Notes: generated by a model not told the origin, from the sequence alone. Positions 52,805 through 63,384 are shown, counted from the stretch's first letter. The stretch is DNA of 64,000 bases from Waterburya sp. (GCA_965217895.1 CBDCJV010000002.1:288001-352000), one strand, 5' to 3'. Numbers and translations are program-made.

Positions 52805-55393
52805 TTACGAGTTCAGAATCAATTGCCGACGATGTACATTAAGTAACTGAAATTCAAGATTAGCAATCTTTTCCAGCATATAAACCAGATTATCTGGCGA
52901 TAGGTTTGTACCATCATTGCGACAGCTACCAGTAAAGTGAATTATTGCTTTGTTACCCTCTTCAGATTCTAAAGAGAGAGAAAACAGGCGATCGCATAAA
53001 TTAACGACTTTTTTATTCCCTGACTTGGTAAATTTTTCCCATAATATTTCTTGACTGTTGTTAATAGCATCTATCCACTTTTCCCAGGTTGCATCTATAT
53101 TTTCTTCTGTCTGTACCGTAATCAAATACTCTGCTTTATCCATCAAACGACTAGCATTCAAAGACTTGGGATCGACATCTTCGACTTGATAAATCGGAAT
53201 ATTCTCTGGTAGCTGGGCAGCTAATTTAGTGCGAAATTCTTCTACATCCATGTCTTCTGTCAATTCAAAATCAACAATTTCACCATTACTAGTAATTCCC
53301 AAAGACAAGGCATTGGCAATAGAAATCTTAGGTCCTGGATGATATCCGCCAGTAAAAGAAATAGGCAAGGCTGAACGACGAATTGCGCGATCAAATAGAC
53401 GAACTAAATCTAGGTGGCTGATTAAGCTCATTTCAGCTATTTTTCCGAACCACATTCTGATTTTTTGTTCTTTGTGCTGATTAGGTTTAAAATGTCCTGC
53501 AAAGTTAGGAATTTCAGGCGGTTTAACAACAATATTGTGTCCGAAATCTGTACCGCAAACACCACAATGAGAACAACCTTCATAGGCGCAGTCAGGCACA
53601 GTAGCAGCGTCTAAAGCTCTCTGCAAGTCTTCTTTTAGCCATTGTTTATCTATCCCTGTATTGATATGATCCCAGGGTAAAGGCGCATCAGTGGCATCGG
53701 CAATAGAGGTCGCTGTATCGGCATCTAAAAATATATTCCATTCACCATCTTCTACCTGACGATATTTCCAGGTTAAATCCGCTTCAGCGATCGCCTGTGA
53801 CCAAGCACCATAGGCTTTATCTAAATTTTCCCACCAGGAATCCATGCCTGCGCCTAATTCCCAAGCCCGTTTGACTACAGAGGCTAAACGGCGATCGCCT
53901 CTACCGACAAAATCTTCCATGGCTGAGATACGCACATCTGTGTAGTTGATTTTTACACCTTTGATACGGCGAAATTCTTCTTTGAGTAATTCTTGTTTGC
54001 GTCGAAACTCACTGGTAGATACGGAGTGCCACTGAAAAGGCGTATGGGGCTTAGGAGTAAAGTTAGAAATAGTAATATTAAAGTTAAGGCGTTTACTACT
54101 AAGCTGACTACACTCACGGCGTAACCAGCGCACCGTTTCAGCAATACCAGCTACATCTACATCAGTTTCTCCAGGTAAACCGATCATGAAATACAGTTTG
54201 ACCTTATTCCAGCCACGGGCAACGGCAGTTTGGATACCTCTGAGTAGTTCTTCGTTAGTTAATCCTTTATTCACTACATCTCGCATTCGCTGTGTACCAG
54301 CTTCGGGGGCAAAGGTTAGCCCAGACTTTCTCAAGCCACCAATGATATCGGCAATGTTGTCATCAAAGCGATCGACTCGCTGGCTAGGCAGAGACAGAGA
54401 TATATTCTCTTCTTGCAAGCGATTTTTGATCTCCATACCCACAGCAGGTAGTGCTAGATAATCAGAGCAACTCAAAGAAAGTAAAGAGAATTCATTATAG
54501 CCAGTGGCACGCATTCCTTTTTCAATTGCATCTACCACTTTGTCTGGTTCAACATCCGTCGCTGGGCGAGTTAACATTCCTGGCTGACAAAAACGACAAC
54601 CACGGGTGCAGCCTCTTCTTATTTCTACCGTAAGGCGATCGTGTACGGTTTCAATAAAGGGAACTAAGCCAATAGAATAGGCAGGAATAGGCGTAGCAAC
54701 CCGACGCAATATACGTTTAGGTACTTTAGGAGTAGTAGGATGAACTGAGCCATCTTGCGCCATTTCATAGAATCTGGGGACGTATACTCCAGGAACTTGC
54801 GCTAGATCTAGCAATAAATCTGCTTTACTTAGTCCTGCTGCCTTAGCCTCTTTGATAACCAAACCAATTTCGGGTAAAAGTTCTTCTCCATCACCCAAAG
54901 CAATAAAGTCAAAGAAATCTGCATAGGGTTCGGGGTTAGAGGTAGCAGTTTGTCCTCCTGCAAAGATCAACGGATAATCCCCTGTCTCTCTTTCCTTCCA
55001 GGTAAGGGGAATATTCGCCAAACTCAGCATTTCTAAAATATTGGTCGCTCCTAACTCATAGCTAAGGCTAAAGCCTAGAATATCAAAGTCTAAAAGCGAT
55101 CGCTTTGATTCTAAAGCAAACAAAGGAGTATTAGTCTCTCTTAACTTAGCTGATAAATCGGGTGCAGGAAGATAAGTGCGATCGCATAACTGCTGAGGTT
55201 GAGCATTAATTATATTGTAGAGAATAATATGACCCAGATTTGATGCCCCTACCTCATAGACTTCAGGATAAGTCAGCACCCAACGCACCTCAGCTTCTGT
55301 CCAAGGCTTATGGACTGCGCCAAGTTCGTTGCCCAAGTATCTGGCTGGCTTAGCTATATTGGCATCAACAAGGTTGTCAAAGGTAAGGGTCAA
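52805..55393 (-). CDS. TIGR03960-type B12-binding radical SAM protein fused to DUF2344 domain
   Basis: KPARYLGNE, RGCTRGCRFC, FAPEAG, KPHTPFQW, ISHLDL. Confidence 0.9.
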   Translation of the reverse strand: MTLTFDNLVDANIAKPARYLGNELGAVHKPWTEAEVRWVLTYPEVYEVGASNLGHIILYNIINAQPQQLCDRTYLPAPDLSAKLRETNTPLFALESKRSLLDFDILGFSLSYELGATNILEMLSLANIPLTWKERETGDYPLIFAGGQTATSNPEPYADFFDFIALGDGEELLPEIGLVIKEAKAAGLSKADLLLDLAQVPGVYVPRFYEMAQDGSVHPTTPKVPKRILRRVATPIPAYSIGLVPFIETVHDRLTVEIRRGCTRGCRFCQPGMLTRPATDVEPDKVVDAIEKGMRATGYNEFSLLSLSCSDYLALPAVGMEIKNRLQEENISLSLPSQRVDRFDDNIADIIGGLRKSGLTFAPEAGTQRMRDVVNKGLTNEELLRGIQTAVARGWNKVKLYFMIGLPGETDVDVAGIAETVRWLRRECSQLSSKRLNFNITISNFTPKPHTPFQWHSVSTSEFRRKQELLKEEFRRIKGVKINYTDVRISAMEDFVGRGDRRLASVVKRAWELGAGMDSWWENLDKAYGAWSQAIAEADLTWKYRQVEDGEWNIFLDADTATSIADATDAPLPWDHINTGIDKQWLKEDLQRALDAATVPDCAYEGCSHCGVCGTDFGHNIVVKPPEIPNFAGHFKPNQHKEQKIRMWFGKIAEMSLISHLDLVRLFDRAIRRSALPISFTGGYHPGPKISIANALSLGITSNGEIVDFELTEDMDVEEFRTKLAAQLPENIPIYQVEDVDPKSLNASRLMDKAEYLITVQTEENIDATWEKWIDAINNSQEILWEKFTKSGNKKVVNLCDRLFSLSLESEEGNKAIIHFTGSCRNDGTNLSPDNLVYMLEKIANLEFQLLNVHRRQLILNS

Positions 55394-55480
55394 AACTTAA
55401 ATCTCCTAATGGATCGAGTAATCATCTTAAATATCTACTATATCGAATATCTAGATGCTCTTATCCAAGCAGAAACATAA

Positions 55481-55894
55481 TTAATTACTCATAAAACCAA
55501 AAAATTTGGCTGCACCGCCAAGAATTACTAAAATTAGTCCCACTAGTACGCCACGATTTGTAAACTCTTGGTTACTGACTCTTTTGTCTAACCCGCTTAC
55601 CGTAGCTTCTAAAGCATCAATTTTTCCAGAAAGTCTGTCATCAACTGATTTAATCTGACCAGATAACTTTTCATCGACTGACTTAATTTGACCAGACAAT
55701 TTTTCATCAACTGACTTAATCTGACCAGATAACTTTTCATCAACAGCGTTGATTTTTCCTTCTAGCCTGGCTTGACCAACTTTCAATTCTGTAACGTCGT
55801 CCGTTAGTTTATCTAGCTTGCCATCTAGCTTATCTAGTTTTTGGTCAAACTTAGCAAAGATTTCTTTTAAGTCTGACTCTATTTGAATGCTCAT
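55481..55894 (-). CDS. Coiled-coil protein with 11-residue repeats and C-terminal TM anchor (DUF4164-like)
   Basis: VDEKLSGQIKS x3-4 (33-nt repeats), NQEFTNRG then a TM helix. Confidence 0.75.
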   Translation of the reverse strand: MSIQIESDLKEIFAKFDQKLDKLDGKLDKLTDDVTELKVGQARLEGKINAVDEKLSGQIKSVDEKLSGQIKSVDEKLSGQIKSVDDRLSGKIDALEATVSGLDKRVSNQEFTNRGVLVGLILVILGGAAKFFGFMSN

Positions 55895-56019
55895 TTATGT
55901 AATTTTGATAATGATAAAAATGAAGAAAACAAAAATCTCTTCGCTGTTTAGTTAAGAATGAATTGCGCTACCTAAACTCCAGTACCATCAACAGCAGAAA
56001 ACTCAAGATGAACTTGTTT

Positions 56020-56370
56020 TTAATTAATATAATATCCTGACACCCTCCATTTGCCGTCTAAGTCTTTCATAGGTGTAACAGTTTCCACAGCAGATGACTT
56101 ATGCTGAAAAGAGGTATTAAATTGAATTACTACATATTCTCCATCAGGTACTCCTGGCAGAGAGGTTTGATATTGCTTTGATTGAACATTTCGAGAAAGC
56201 TTTTGACCGAGGGGATTTTTGACTGAGTTTAAAGATGAACACCATTGTTCTTTAGATACTGCATCTTGAAAATATTTAGCTGCTCGATCCCAACTTTCAG
56301 CATATTTTTCGCGATCTACAAGTTCCAGCCATAATTTCGCTGCTTCTACGGCCGTATTTTCTGCTAACAT
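56020..56370 (-). CDS. DUF4019 domain protein
   Basis: WLELVD..YAESW, LPGVPDGEYVVIQFNTSF, ETVT, WRVSGYYI. Confidence 0.85.
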   Translation of the reverse strand: MLAENTAVEAAKLWLELVDREKYAESWDRAAKYFQDAVSKEQWCSSLNSVKNPLGQKLSRNVQSKQYQTSLPGVPDGEYVVIQFNTSFQHKSSAVETVTPMKDLDGKWRVSGYYIN

Positions 56371-56470
56371 CGATCTTTTTTACCTCGCTATGTTTTAAAT
56401 ATATTGATTATAATTTATTGCCAATTTAAATTAAGAGACAGGACCTCGATTATCAATTATCGATTAACTA

Positions 56471-56986
56471 ATGAAGACACTTTACCTATTATGCGGAATG
56501 CCATTTTCGGGAAAAACAACTTTAGGCAAGTCTGTTTCAGAATATTTAAACTCTCTGTATATTAGCCTGGATGAAATCAACGAAGCACGAGGTATTTGCG
56601 GTGGAGAAGGTATTCCAGTCGAGGAATGGGAAAAAACACATTCCCTTGCAATGCAACAATTATAAAGCTTAATGCCGTCGCAGCAAGATATAGTATTAGA
56701 TGATACTAGTTGTTTCCGTTGGTTACGAGACCAATGGCGCAATTTTGTCGAGCAGTATGGCTATCAAACAACAATAGTTTTCTTAGATATTCCACTTGCT
56801 GAAATTAGAAAAAGAATGGAGAAAAATGAGAAGACTCAAGCCAGACACAGCGTAAGACAAGATATTGTTGAAGAGATGGCAAAAACATTTGAACCACCAC
56901 AAGAAGATGAAAGCATTATTAGATATTATGCTAAACAGTCAATTGATGAGTGGATCGCTGAACATTTTGTCAGCAATTTAGATTAA
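56471..56986 (+). pseudogene. AAA_33 / P-loop nucleotide kinase split by one in-frame TAA
   Basis: LCGMPFSGKTT in the first ORF and IVLDDT..FEPP in the second, same frame, stop at 56663-56665. Confidence 0.8.
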
Positions 56987-57067
56987 CTGCAATACTCATC
57001 GAATAACTTTGTTCTCAACCTGGTTTATCATTTAGACTATAATTAGCTAAGTTTACTAAACTAAGTT

Positions 57068-57307
57068 ATGAAGCAAATTAATATTCACGAAGCAAAAACG
57101 AACTTATCTAAGTTGTTAGAAAAAGTAGAGTCTGGAGAGCAAATTATCATTGCCAACCGAGGAGTACCTAAAGCCATACTTAGCAAATATATTGCTGAAG
57201 ACAATTTAGTTCATCATAGTCCTCTAGGTAGATATGCTGGTCAAATTAAAATTAGTGATGATTTTAATGAAGAAGATGAAGACATCAACAATCTCTTTGG
57301 TGTTTAG
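57068..57307 (+). CDS. Phd/YefM family antitoxin
   Basis: NIHEAKTNLSKLLEKVESGE. Confidence 0.92.
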   Translation: MKQINIHEAKTNLSKLLEKVESGEQIIIANRGVPKAILSKYIAEDNLVHHSPLGRYAGQIKISDDFNEEDEDINNLFGV

Positions 57308-57313
57308 TCAGGA

Positions 57314-57700
57314 ATGAAATGCTTACTAGATACTTGTGCTTGGATTTTTTTACTGACTAATGGCGAGGAATTAAGCGACAGACAAAAAGAGGTGATTTTA
57401 GATTCAAACAACACAATTTACCTGTCTGTTGTTTCCGCTTGGGAAATGGCGATCAAGATCTCAAAAGGAAAACTTAAATTACCCAAATCACTAGATGATT
57501 TAATTTTTGAGTCTTGCATTAAAGATGGATATATAATTCTCGATCTAGATATTTTCAGTGTTTTAAATACCAAAAATTTACCCAATCATCATCGAGATCC
57601 ATTTGATAGAATGCTTATTTCCCAAGCAATCAATCATAATTTAACTATCATTACTACCGACTCAGTATTTCCTCAATATGATGTCAAGTTAATTAAATAA
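57314..57700 (+). CDS. vapC: VapC PIN-domain toxin
   Basis: LLDT, SAWEMAIK, HRDPFDRMLISQA, ITTD. Confidence 0.92.
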   Translation: MKCLLDTCAWIFLLTNGEELSDRQKEVILDSNNTIYLSVVSAWEMAIKISKGKLKLPKSLDDLIFESCIKDGYIILDLDIFSVLNTKNLPNHHRDPFDRMLISQAINHNLTIITTDSVFPQYDVKLIK

Positions 57701-57838
57701 CAATACTGCTATTAAGAAAGTCCCAAGATTTGGCTACGTTGCCAAGAATTACTAAAATTAAGCTTACCGATCACCTGCAATTTTAAAAAAGGCAATTTTT
57801 TGGTAGAGGAAAATAACAAAACGCGAATCCTAATATTC

Positions 57839-59305
57839 ATGAGTCAATGGCAAGAGGCTTTTCAAAATGCAGTTAAAAATTCCGTAGAGAGTATATTTCA
57901 AATTTTAGAGCTGCCAATAACATTTAATATCTTTATTATCGGTGTTCCTATTGCTACTCAAAATGTTGAGCAAATTTTCTTACAGCCAGAAGATTGTGGA
58001 TTTACTCCCGATAAATTTAAGCAAGTTTTCGACCTGGCAAAAGATACATTTAACAACGATCCCGAACAATTATTTTTTATAGACACTGCACATTTAAATC
58101 AAGTCCATAAAGATTCTCTTTATCCCAAAGCACTACGCAAAGCTGTTCAATCTATTTTAGAAAAACGCGATCGTCATTCGGAACAAATTTCTTTTTGTAG
58201 TTTTCCCCTTCAGAAAAACGAACATTGGATTATGACAGTTATTCAACTTGAGAGACAAGACTTCGATCATCAATATAGATTAACCAAAAAAGAGCATGAG
58301 CTATATTCTATGCGCAAGTACAGAATAGATCGTTGTTTTCTAGAATCAGTAATTTATCGGATTTTAGCAGAAAGTGAATTAGAGCTTCAAAAACCATCGG
58401 CGGAAGAAACTTTTTTATTAGCTAATCCTAAACGAGTTATCGAAGATGCTGCATCCAGTTTACTCAAATCGGTAGAGGTTCACGTCAACCAGTGGAATAG
58501 TGTAGACTTATTATCTTTTGCCAATGCTGTAGCTGCTGAACGTTATGAAGGCGCATTTAGTAAAGGCAGATTAATAATTTGTCCAACTAATCATCCAGAT
58601 ATTTTTACCAAGATTAAATTAAAAGTGCCAATTATGATTGATGACTATAGAGGCATCAGAAAACTGCTCGAAGTCTCTAGCGCTGAGATGGCTTTATTGT
58701 GTGATGTTGAGACTGTCTGGGGGTTTGGAGTTCCACTAGATACGTATCAACCCAGCTTAGAAAATTTATTTGAAATCAGATTTACCGAACACTACACTTG
58801 GGAGTTAGCTCATGCTGAAAATATTATGCTGCGGGTTAAGTATCGAGAACCAAGATTGCCGAGAGAACGTTTTAACAAAGAGCAATTTTATGATTACGTA
58901 TATCGGCTTTTTGAAGTTAACCAAGCAACAGTAGCTAGATTAGTAATAGCTGTTGAGGCAGCGGTAAAACAACGCCATGGCACAATATTAGTTATAACCC
59001 CAGAAGCCGAGCAAGAAACAAAAAGATTAGCTGCTCAAAGCACTGCAATTGACGCAGTAACCGTTACTGAAGAAATGATTTCCCACATATCTAGCATTGA
59101 TGGCGCAATTTTGATGTCTCCTGGTGGTGTTGTACATTCGTTTGGAGTAATACTTGACGGGAAAGCTACTAAAAATGGCAATTCTGCCAGAGGAGCAAGA
59201 TACAATTCTGCTATTCGCTATATTGATGGAGAAAAGGCTCGCAACGTTGATTGTTTGGCTCTTATTGTCTCTGAAGATGGCTATGCCGATCTTTATTCTA
59301 CTTAA
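57839..59305 (+). CDS. Diadenylate cyclase (DisA_N/DAC) domain protein with large N-terminal region
   Basis: HGTILVI, SSIDGAILM, GVILDG, RGARYNSA, IVSEDG. Confidence 0.8.
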   Translation: MSQWQEAFQNAVKNSVESIFQILELPITFNIFIIGVPIATQNVEQIFLQPEDCGFTPDKFKQVFDLAKDTFNNDPEQLFFIDTAHLNQVHKDSLYPKALRKAVQSILEKRDRHSEQISFCSFPLQKNEHWIMTVIQLERQDFDHQYRLTKKEHELYSMRKYRIDRCFLESVIYRILAESELELQKPSAEETFLLANPKRVIEDAASSLLKSVEVHVNQWNSVDLLSFANAVAAERYEGAFSKGRLIICPTNHPDIFTKIKLKVPIMIDDYRGIRKLLEVSSAEMALLCDVETVWGFGVPLDTYQPSLENLFEIRFTEHYTWELAHAENIMLRVKYREPRLPRERFNKEQFYDYVYRLFEVNQATVARLVIAVEAAVKQRHGTILVITPEAEQETKRLAAQSTAIDAVTVTEEMISHISSIDGAILMSPGGVVHSFGVILDGKATKNGNSARGARYNSAIRYIDGEKARNVDCLALIVSEDGYADLYST

Positions 59306-59332
59306 CCAATAAATAAATAGTATTGATAATTG

Positions 59333-60667
59333 TTAATTGTTCCAGCTATCAAAAAAAGAGTCTTGACTAATGCCTGTTAGACGGCGATATTGAATTACGG
59401 CTTCTGCTTCGCTCAACCCTGCCACAATATCTACAGCCATGCGGGTTTTTTCTTGAGTAATTTGGGTAGGGTTAGCTATATTTTCTTCAATTTCCAGAAA
59501 TTCGCGCACAAAACGAGGGGGAATGAAGCTTAAATCGCGATCGCCAATTGCTCCTAGATAAATGTCAAACAGGGTTTTGATAATTCTTTTTTGTCCGTAT
59601 CTTTGAGTAGCCATGCGGGGATTAGAAATTACGTAAGCCCAAACAATACGCTGAAGAAACTTTAGTTCTTCTTCTCGTTCACGATTATATTTCAAATAAC
59701 CGCGATCGCCATATTTACGGCTCAACTTAACTGACTGGACATAAGTTTGAATTAATTGAGAACTAATCCGTTTAATCTGAGCTTTTTGTTCAAAAGAACC
59801 AGGACGATATTGTCCCTTAAGATTATAGGTAGCATTAAGAAAGCGTTGAAATCGCCGAGTGTCAGCTTTGACTACTTTTGCCACGCGATTATTAGGAAAC
59901 TCCCTCAACCATTCTAAGATAAAACGATCTAGCTCATCTCCATCTGTTGCCAACAACTCTAAAGGAATTAAACCAGCCAAATAAAAATCTTCCAAATCAT
60001 GAACGCTGTAGGTAATATCATCAGCAAAATCCATAATGCTAGCTTCAATTGATTGAGCATCATTAGGTTGGGAGCGAGCAAAATCAAAGGCTGATTGATC
60101 TAAAGTATATATAGAATACTTGCGATGTTTCTTAGAAGTAGGATCGGGCGATCGCAACCAAGGATATTTAAGAACTGCATTTAAGGTAGCTTTAGTCAGA
60201 TTTAAACCATAATAGTCAATCCGATGGATTGCCAATCTAGTCAAGATCCGAAAAGACTGAGCATTGCCTTCAAAACCATCTGCCAAACCTGCCTCTACAG
60301 CGCAAACATCTAATTGTTCTTCGGCGGTGTGTCCAAAGGGAGGATGCCCTAAATCATGAGCCAAGGCAGCAGATTCAACTACATCAGGGTCAACTCCGCC
60401 AATCTTTTCGGCTATATCTGGCTGTTCTGTTGCTAGTCTTTCTGCTAATCGACGGGCTACCTGGGCTACTTTTAGAGAGTGGGTAAGACGGTTATGAAAT
60501 ACATGACCCTCTTGAGAAGTTACTACCTGGGTGATGTGTGCCAAACGTCGAAATGCTGAAGAATACAAAATGCGATCGCGATCAACCTGAAAAGACTTGC
60601 GACTATCTCCTGGTTTATCGCCTCGATTCCCAAAAGGATTATGTTGTCTTTGATGTCTATCCAACAT
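59333..60667 (-). CDS. dgt: dNTP triphosphohydrolase (dGTPase)
   Basis: DRDRILYSSAFRRL, HNRLTHSL, AHDLGHPPFGH, FEGNAQ, ADDITYSVHDLED. Confidence 0.93.
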   Translation of the reverse strand: MLDRHQRQHNPFGNRGDKPGDSRKSFQVDRDRILYSSAFRRLAHITQVVTSQEGHVFHNRLTHSLKVAQVARRLAERLATEQPDIAEKIGGVDPDVVESAALAHDLGHPPFGHTAEEQLDVCAVEAGLADGFEGNAQSFRILTRLAIHRIDYYGLNLTKATLNAVLKYPWLRSPDPTSKKHRKYSIYTLDQSAFDFARSQPNDAQSIEASIMDFADDITYSVHDLEDFYLAGLIPLELLATDGDELDRFILEWLREFPNNRVAKVVKADTRRFQRFLNATYNLKGQYRPGSFEQKAQIKRISSQLIQTYVQSVKLSRKYGDRGYLKYNREREEELKFLQRIVWAYVISNPRMATQRYGQKRIIKTLFDIYLGAIGDRDLSFIPPRFVREFLEIEENIANPTQITQEKTRMAVDIVAGLSEAEAVIQYRRLTGISQDSFFDSWNN

Positions 60668-60750
60668 AAATAATCCCTACCATCAAAAAGCGTACTTTCA
60701 TCTAGATAGTACGCTCTAACAAACTTTTTAGCTGCATTTCTGGTAAAAAA

Positions 60751-60966
60751 CTACAAAATCTCTAAATCCCAAGTAGAATTAAATTTAGCTTTTCCCTCTT
60801 CAACTAATCGCCATGCAGCCTCTTTAAGAGTACGATGAGACAGTTTTGATTGACCGCCTAAGTTAAGCCCCAAATCCTGTAGGCTCATGGGCGTTTGTTG
60901 TTCCTTTAGTTGAGTTAATAGTAAGCTTCTTGCTTGTTCTGCTTGTTCGACAGAAGATAATTTCAT
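60751..60966 (-). CDS. Small hypothetical protein, possibly winged helix
   Basis: 71-aa ORF with RBS (TCCTCCT-like region upstream is weak); LKEAAWRLVEEGKA. Confidence 0.6.
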   Translation of the reverse strand: MKLSSVEQAEQARSLLLTQLKEQQTPMSLQDLGLNLGGQSKLSHRTLKEAAWRLVEEGKAKFNSTWDLEIL

Positions 60967-61232
60967 TGCAGGTACTGATCAGATTGATAATTTAGGAGGA
61001 TGTATACTATATGTAGCGGTTAAAGATAATTCTTTTTACTTCAAACTCTATCTATAGTGCCACACATCATTATGCAATAAGATTAGCAAATTTGTACCTT
61101 ATCAGATAAAAGTTTTAACCGTTTCCTGACATTAAACCTTTTTGATGCTATCGAAAGAAACGCACAATACAGTAACGAAGCCAATAAAGTTTTTCATAGG
61201 GCGATCGCGCCTACAGCTTCTATAAATCTTTC

Positions 61233-61340
61233 TTAAACAACATCAATAAATGCTTGAGCTTGACTAACATCACGGTTAGCATAGTACTGAACAGCGTCAG
61301 AATATTCATTCAGAGCTTCTGGGTGAAAAAGGTATTTCAT
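61233..61340 (-). pseudogene. RelE/ParE family toxin, truncated
   Basis: MKYLFHPEALNEYSDAVQYY...FIDVV*; ATG overlaps the antitoxin stop. Confidence 0.75.
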
Positions 61341-61567
61341 TGTTCAAGTATTTGTCTTACTTGAGCTAAAGCCTTATCACCTGGTGTTGTTTGAACAGTT
61401 CTGTTAACGATCTCGTCTCGTCTCTGCTTTGCTTGAGCTATCCAAGCCGATTAAGTTTGTTCGTCTATGTTAAACTCTAGGCTGGCAATGAGTTTTTCTA
61501 CTAATTCAACTTTTAAATTGCTAGGCAATGCCAAAGCATCTCGAGTAATTTTTTCTATCGGTGACAT
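61337..61567 (-). pseudogene. Addiction-module antitoxin with internal stop
   Basis: MSPIEKITRDALALP..LVEKLIASL..EQT*SAWIAQAKQRRDEI..PGDKAL. Confidence 0.8.
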
Positions 61568-61848
61568 GGATTTTGTGTTGGCAATCTTTTATATTGATTT
61601 TGATTATCTCATTTCTAAAAAGTTTTTCATACAGCGATCGCCTGAATCTAAGAATTAGACTTGACGTTCAAGACAATCGCTTTTCCCAGTTATCACAAAA
61701 TAATGAGTACGTAACATCCTCTCGCGCCCTATAAGGGCGGAGTTTCTGGTTTTTAGTTTTTAGTACTAATTGACTACTAATGACCAATGACTACGAGCAA
61801 GTACCCCTTTAGGAGTAGGCTTTAAACCCAGAACGATGGTAACATCAG

Positions 61849-62688
61849 TTAATAATTACCTTTAAATACTTCTGTAGCCGAACCAGTCATATACACCTTG
61901 CCATCAGCTTCAGACCAGTCTATTTGCAAGCAGCCTCCTGGTAATTCTACAGTACAGTGGCGATCGCATTTCCCATTTAATACTCCCGCGACTACAGTTG
62001 CACAAGCACCAGTCCCACAGGCTAAGGTAATACCAGCACCTCTTTCCCAAACTCTCATCTTCAGATAGTCCGATCTCACTATCTCAACGAACTCCACATT
62101 AGTTCGCTGCGGAAAAACGGAGTGATGTTCAAATAAAGGTCCAATTTTGGCTAAATCTATGGCTTCGCTATTTTCAACAAATATAATACAGTGAGGATTG
62201 CCCATACTAACTGCTGTAACTGACCAAGAGCGATCGCCAACTGTTAAAGATTGAGCCACAACTTTGTCGTCAGAAGAATTTAAGGTTGTAGGAATTTTGG
62301 CGGCTGCTAGCTGGGGTTTTCCCATGTCAACCGTAACTTCTCCATTGTTTTCAAGTTTAGGTATAATTTCCCCTGCTAGAGTATTAATTCTGTAAGATTT
62401 ATTAATTCTTGCGTTTCCCTCAAGATCGGCGATAAACTTAGCTAGACAGCGGATACCATTGCCACACATCTCTGGTTCTGAACCGTCGCAATTATAAATT
62501 CTCATGGCGTATTCTGTATCTTCTTTGCCTGGCAAGGCGAAAATAACCCCATCTGCACCAATGCCAAAATGGCGATCGCACATTTTAGCTGCTTGTTCGG
62601 GAGTGACTATGGGTTTGGTGGCATGACGATTATCAATCAAAATAAAATCATTGCCTAATCCCTGATATTTGCTAAACTCGATTACCAT
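61849..62688 (-). CDS. dapF: Diaminopimelate epimerase
   Basis: KYQGLGNDF, EMCGNG, GNPH, ERGAGITLACGTG; likely start MVIEF. Confidence 0.96.
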   Translation of the reverse strand: MVIEFSKYQGLGNDFILIDNRHATKPIVTPEQAAKMCDRHFGIGADGVIFALPGKEDTEYAMRIYNCDGSEPEMCGNGIRCLAKFIADLEGNARINKSYRINTLAGEIIPKLENNGEVTVDMGKPQLAAAKIPTTLNSSDDKVVAQSLTVGDRSWSVTAVSMGNPHCIIFVENSEAIDLAKIGPLFEHHSVFPQRTNVEFVEIVRSDYLKMRVWERGAGITLACGTGACATVVAGVLNGKCDRHCTVELPGGCLQIDWSEADGKVYMTGSATEVFKGNY

Positions 62689-62722
62689 CTTTGACTTTCC
62701 TCTATATTTAACGAAAATTGAT

Positions 62723-62935
62723 ATGTCTGAATTTGATACCGCTTTGCCAGGAGTAATCCAAATCCAAAAATATGTTAAGGACAAACAGGAGGTGGAACTA
62801 AAGTTAGTCACTGATGACCTTGTGGTTGGCAAAATAATTTGGCAAGATGCTGATTGTCTTTGCGTAGTCGATCATTACAATCAGCAGACAATTATTTGGC
62901 GACAGGCTCTTGTCTTTCTCAAGCCAAAAGCGTAA
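62723..62935 (+). CDS. hfq: Cyanobacterial Hfq-like protein
   Basis: MSEFDTALPG..Q, GKIIWQD Sm-fold pattern; divergent from dapF. Confidence 0.85.
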   Translation: MSEFDTALPGVIQIQKYVKDKQEVELKLVTDDLVVGKIIWQDADCLCVVDHYNQQTIIWRQALVFLKPKA

Positions 62936-62955
62936 TTTTTAATTATAAAAGAGAC

Positions 62956-63321
62956 TTAGAAGCTTTCCAAGTTGTTTATATTTTTGCTACCAGACAGACT
63001 TGCTGTTAAGACTTGGGCAATCTGTCGGCGATAAATAATTGCTCCTGCGTTAATCAATAAGCAAGTTGTTCCTAGTCCGAACAAAATAAAGGTAACGGGG
63101 GTAATTACGCCGATCGCAAACCAGGTTGAAACGTGCATAAACAACGTCACAGCAAAGATGGAAGCAAATCTCACCGATCTATTGATTGCTGATAAGGAAT
63201 GGCTTTTGACCACTAAGGTTATGGTAGTAATGGTAGCGATTAAGTTAGCTGGAACTAAAAACGAGCAAATTGCTACACAGTTGTGACGAGAAAATTCAAA
63301 TATCGGTTCTAAATTGAGCAT
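62956..63321 (-). CDS. Hypothetical membrane protein
   Basis: CVAICSFLVPANL, HVSTWF; three TM helices. Confidence 0.7.
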   Translation of the reverse strand: MLNLEPIFEFSRHNCVAICSFLVPANLIATITTITLVVKSHSLSAINRSVRFASIFAVTLFMHVSTWFAIGVITPVTFILFGLGTTCLLINAGAIIYRRQIAQVLTASLSGSKNINNLESF

Positions 63322-63384
63322 AGGTCGTACATGAGTTTGTTCATAGTCTAGTAGAAATTTAAAACTTTGAGATCGACAAGTAAT

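Noticed and set aside
62689..62832. N-terminal extension of dapF overlapping hfq
   Set aside because: Conserved DapF sequence starts at MVIEFSKY (62688); the extension is antisense to hfq
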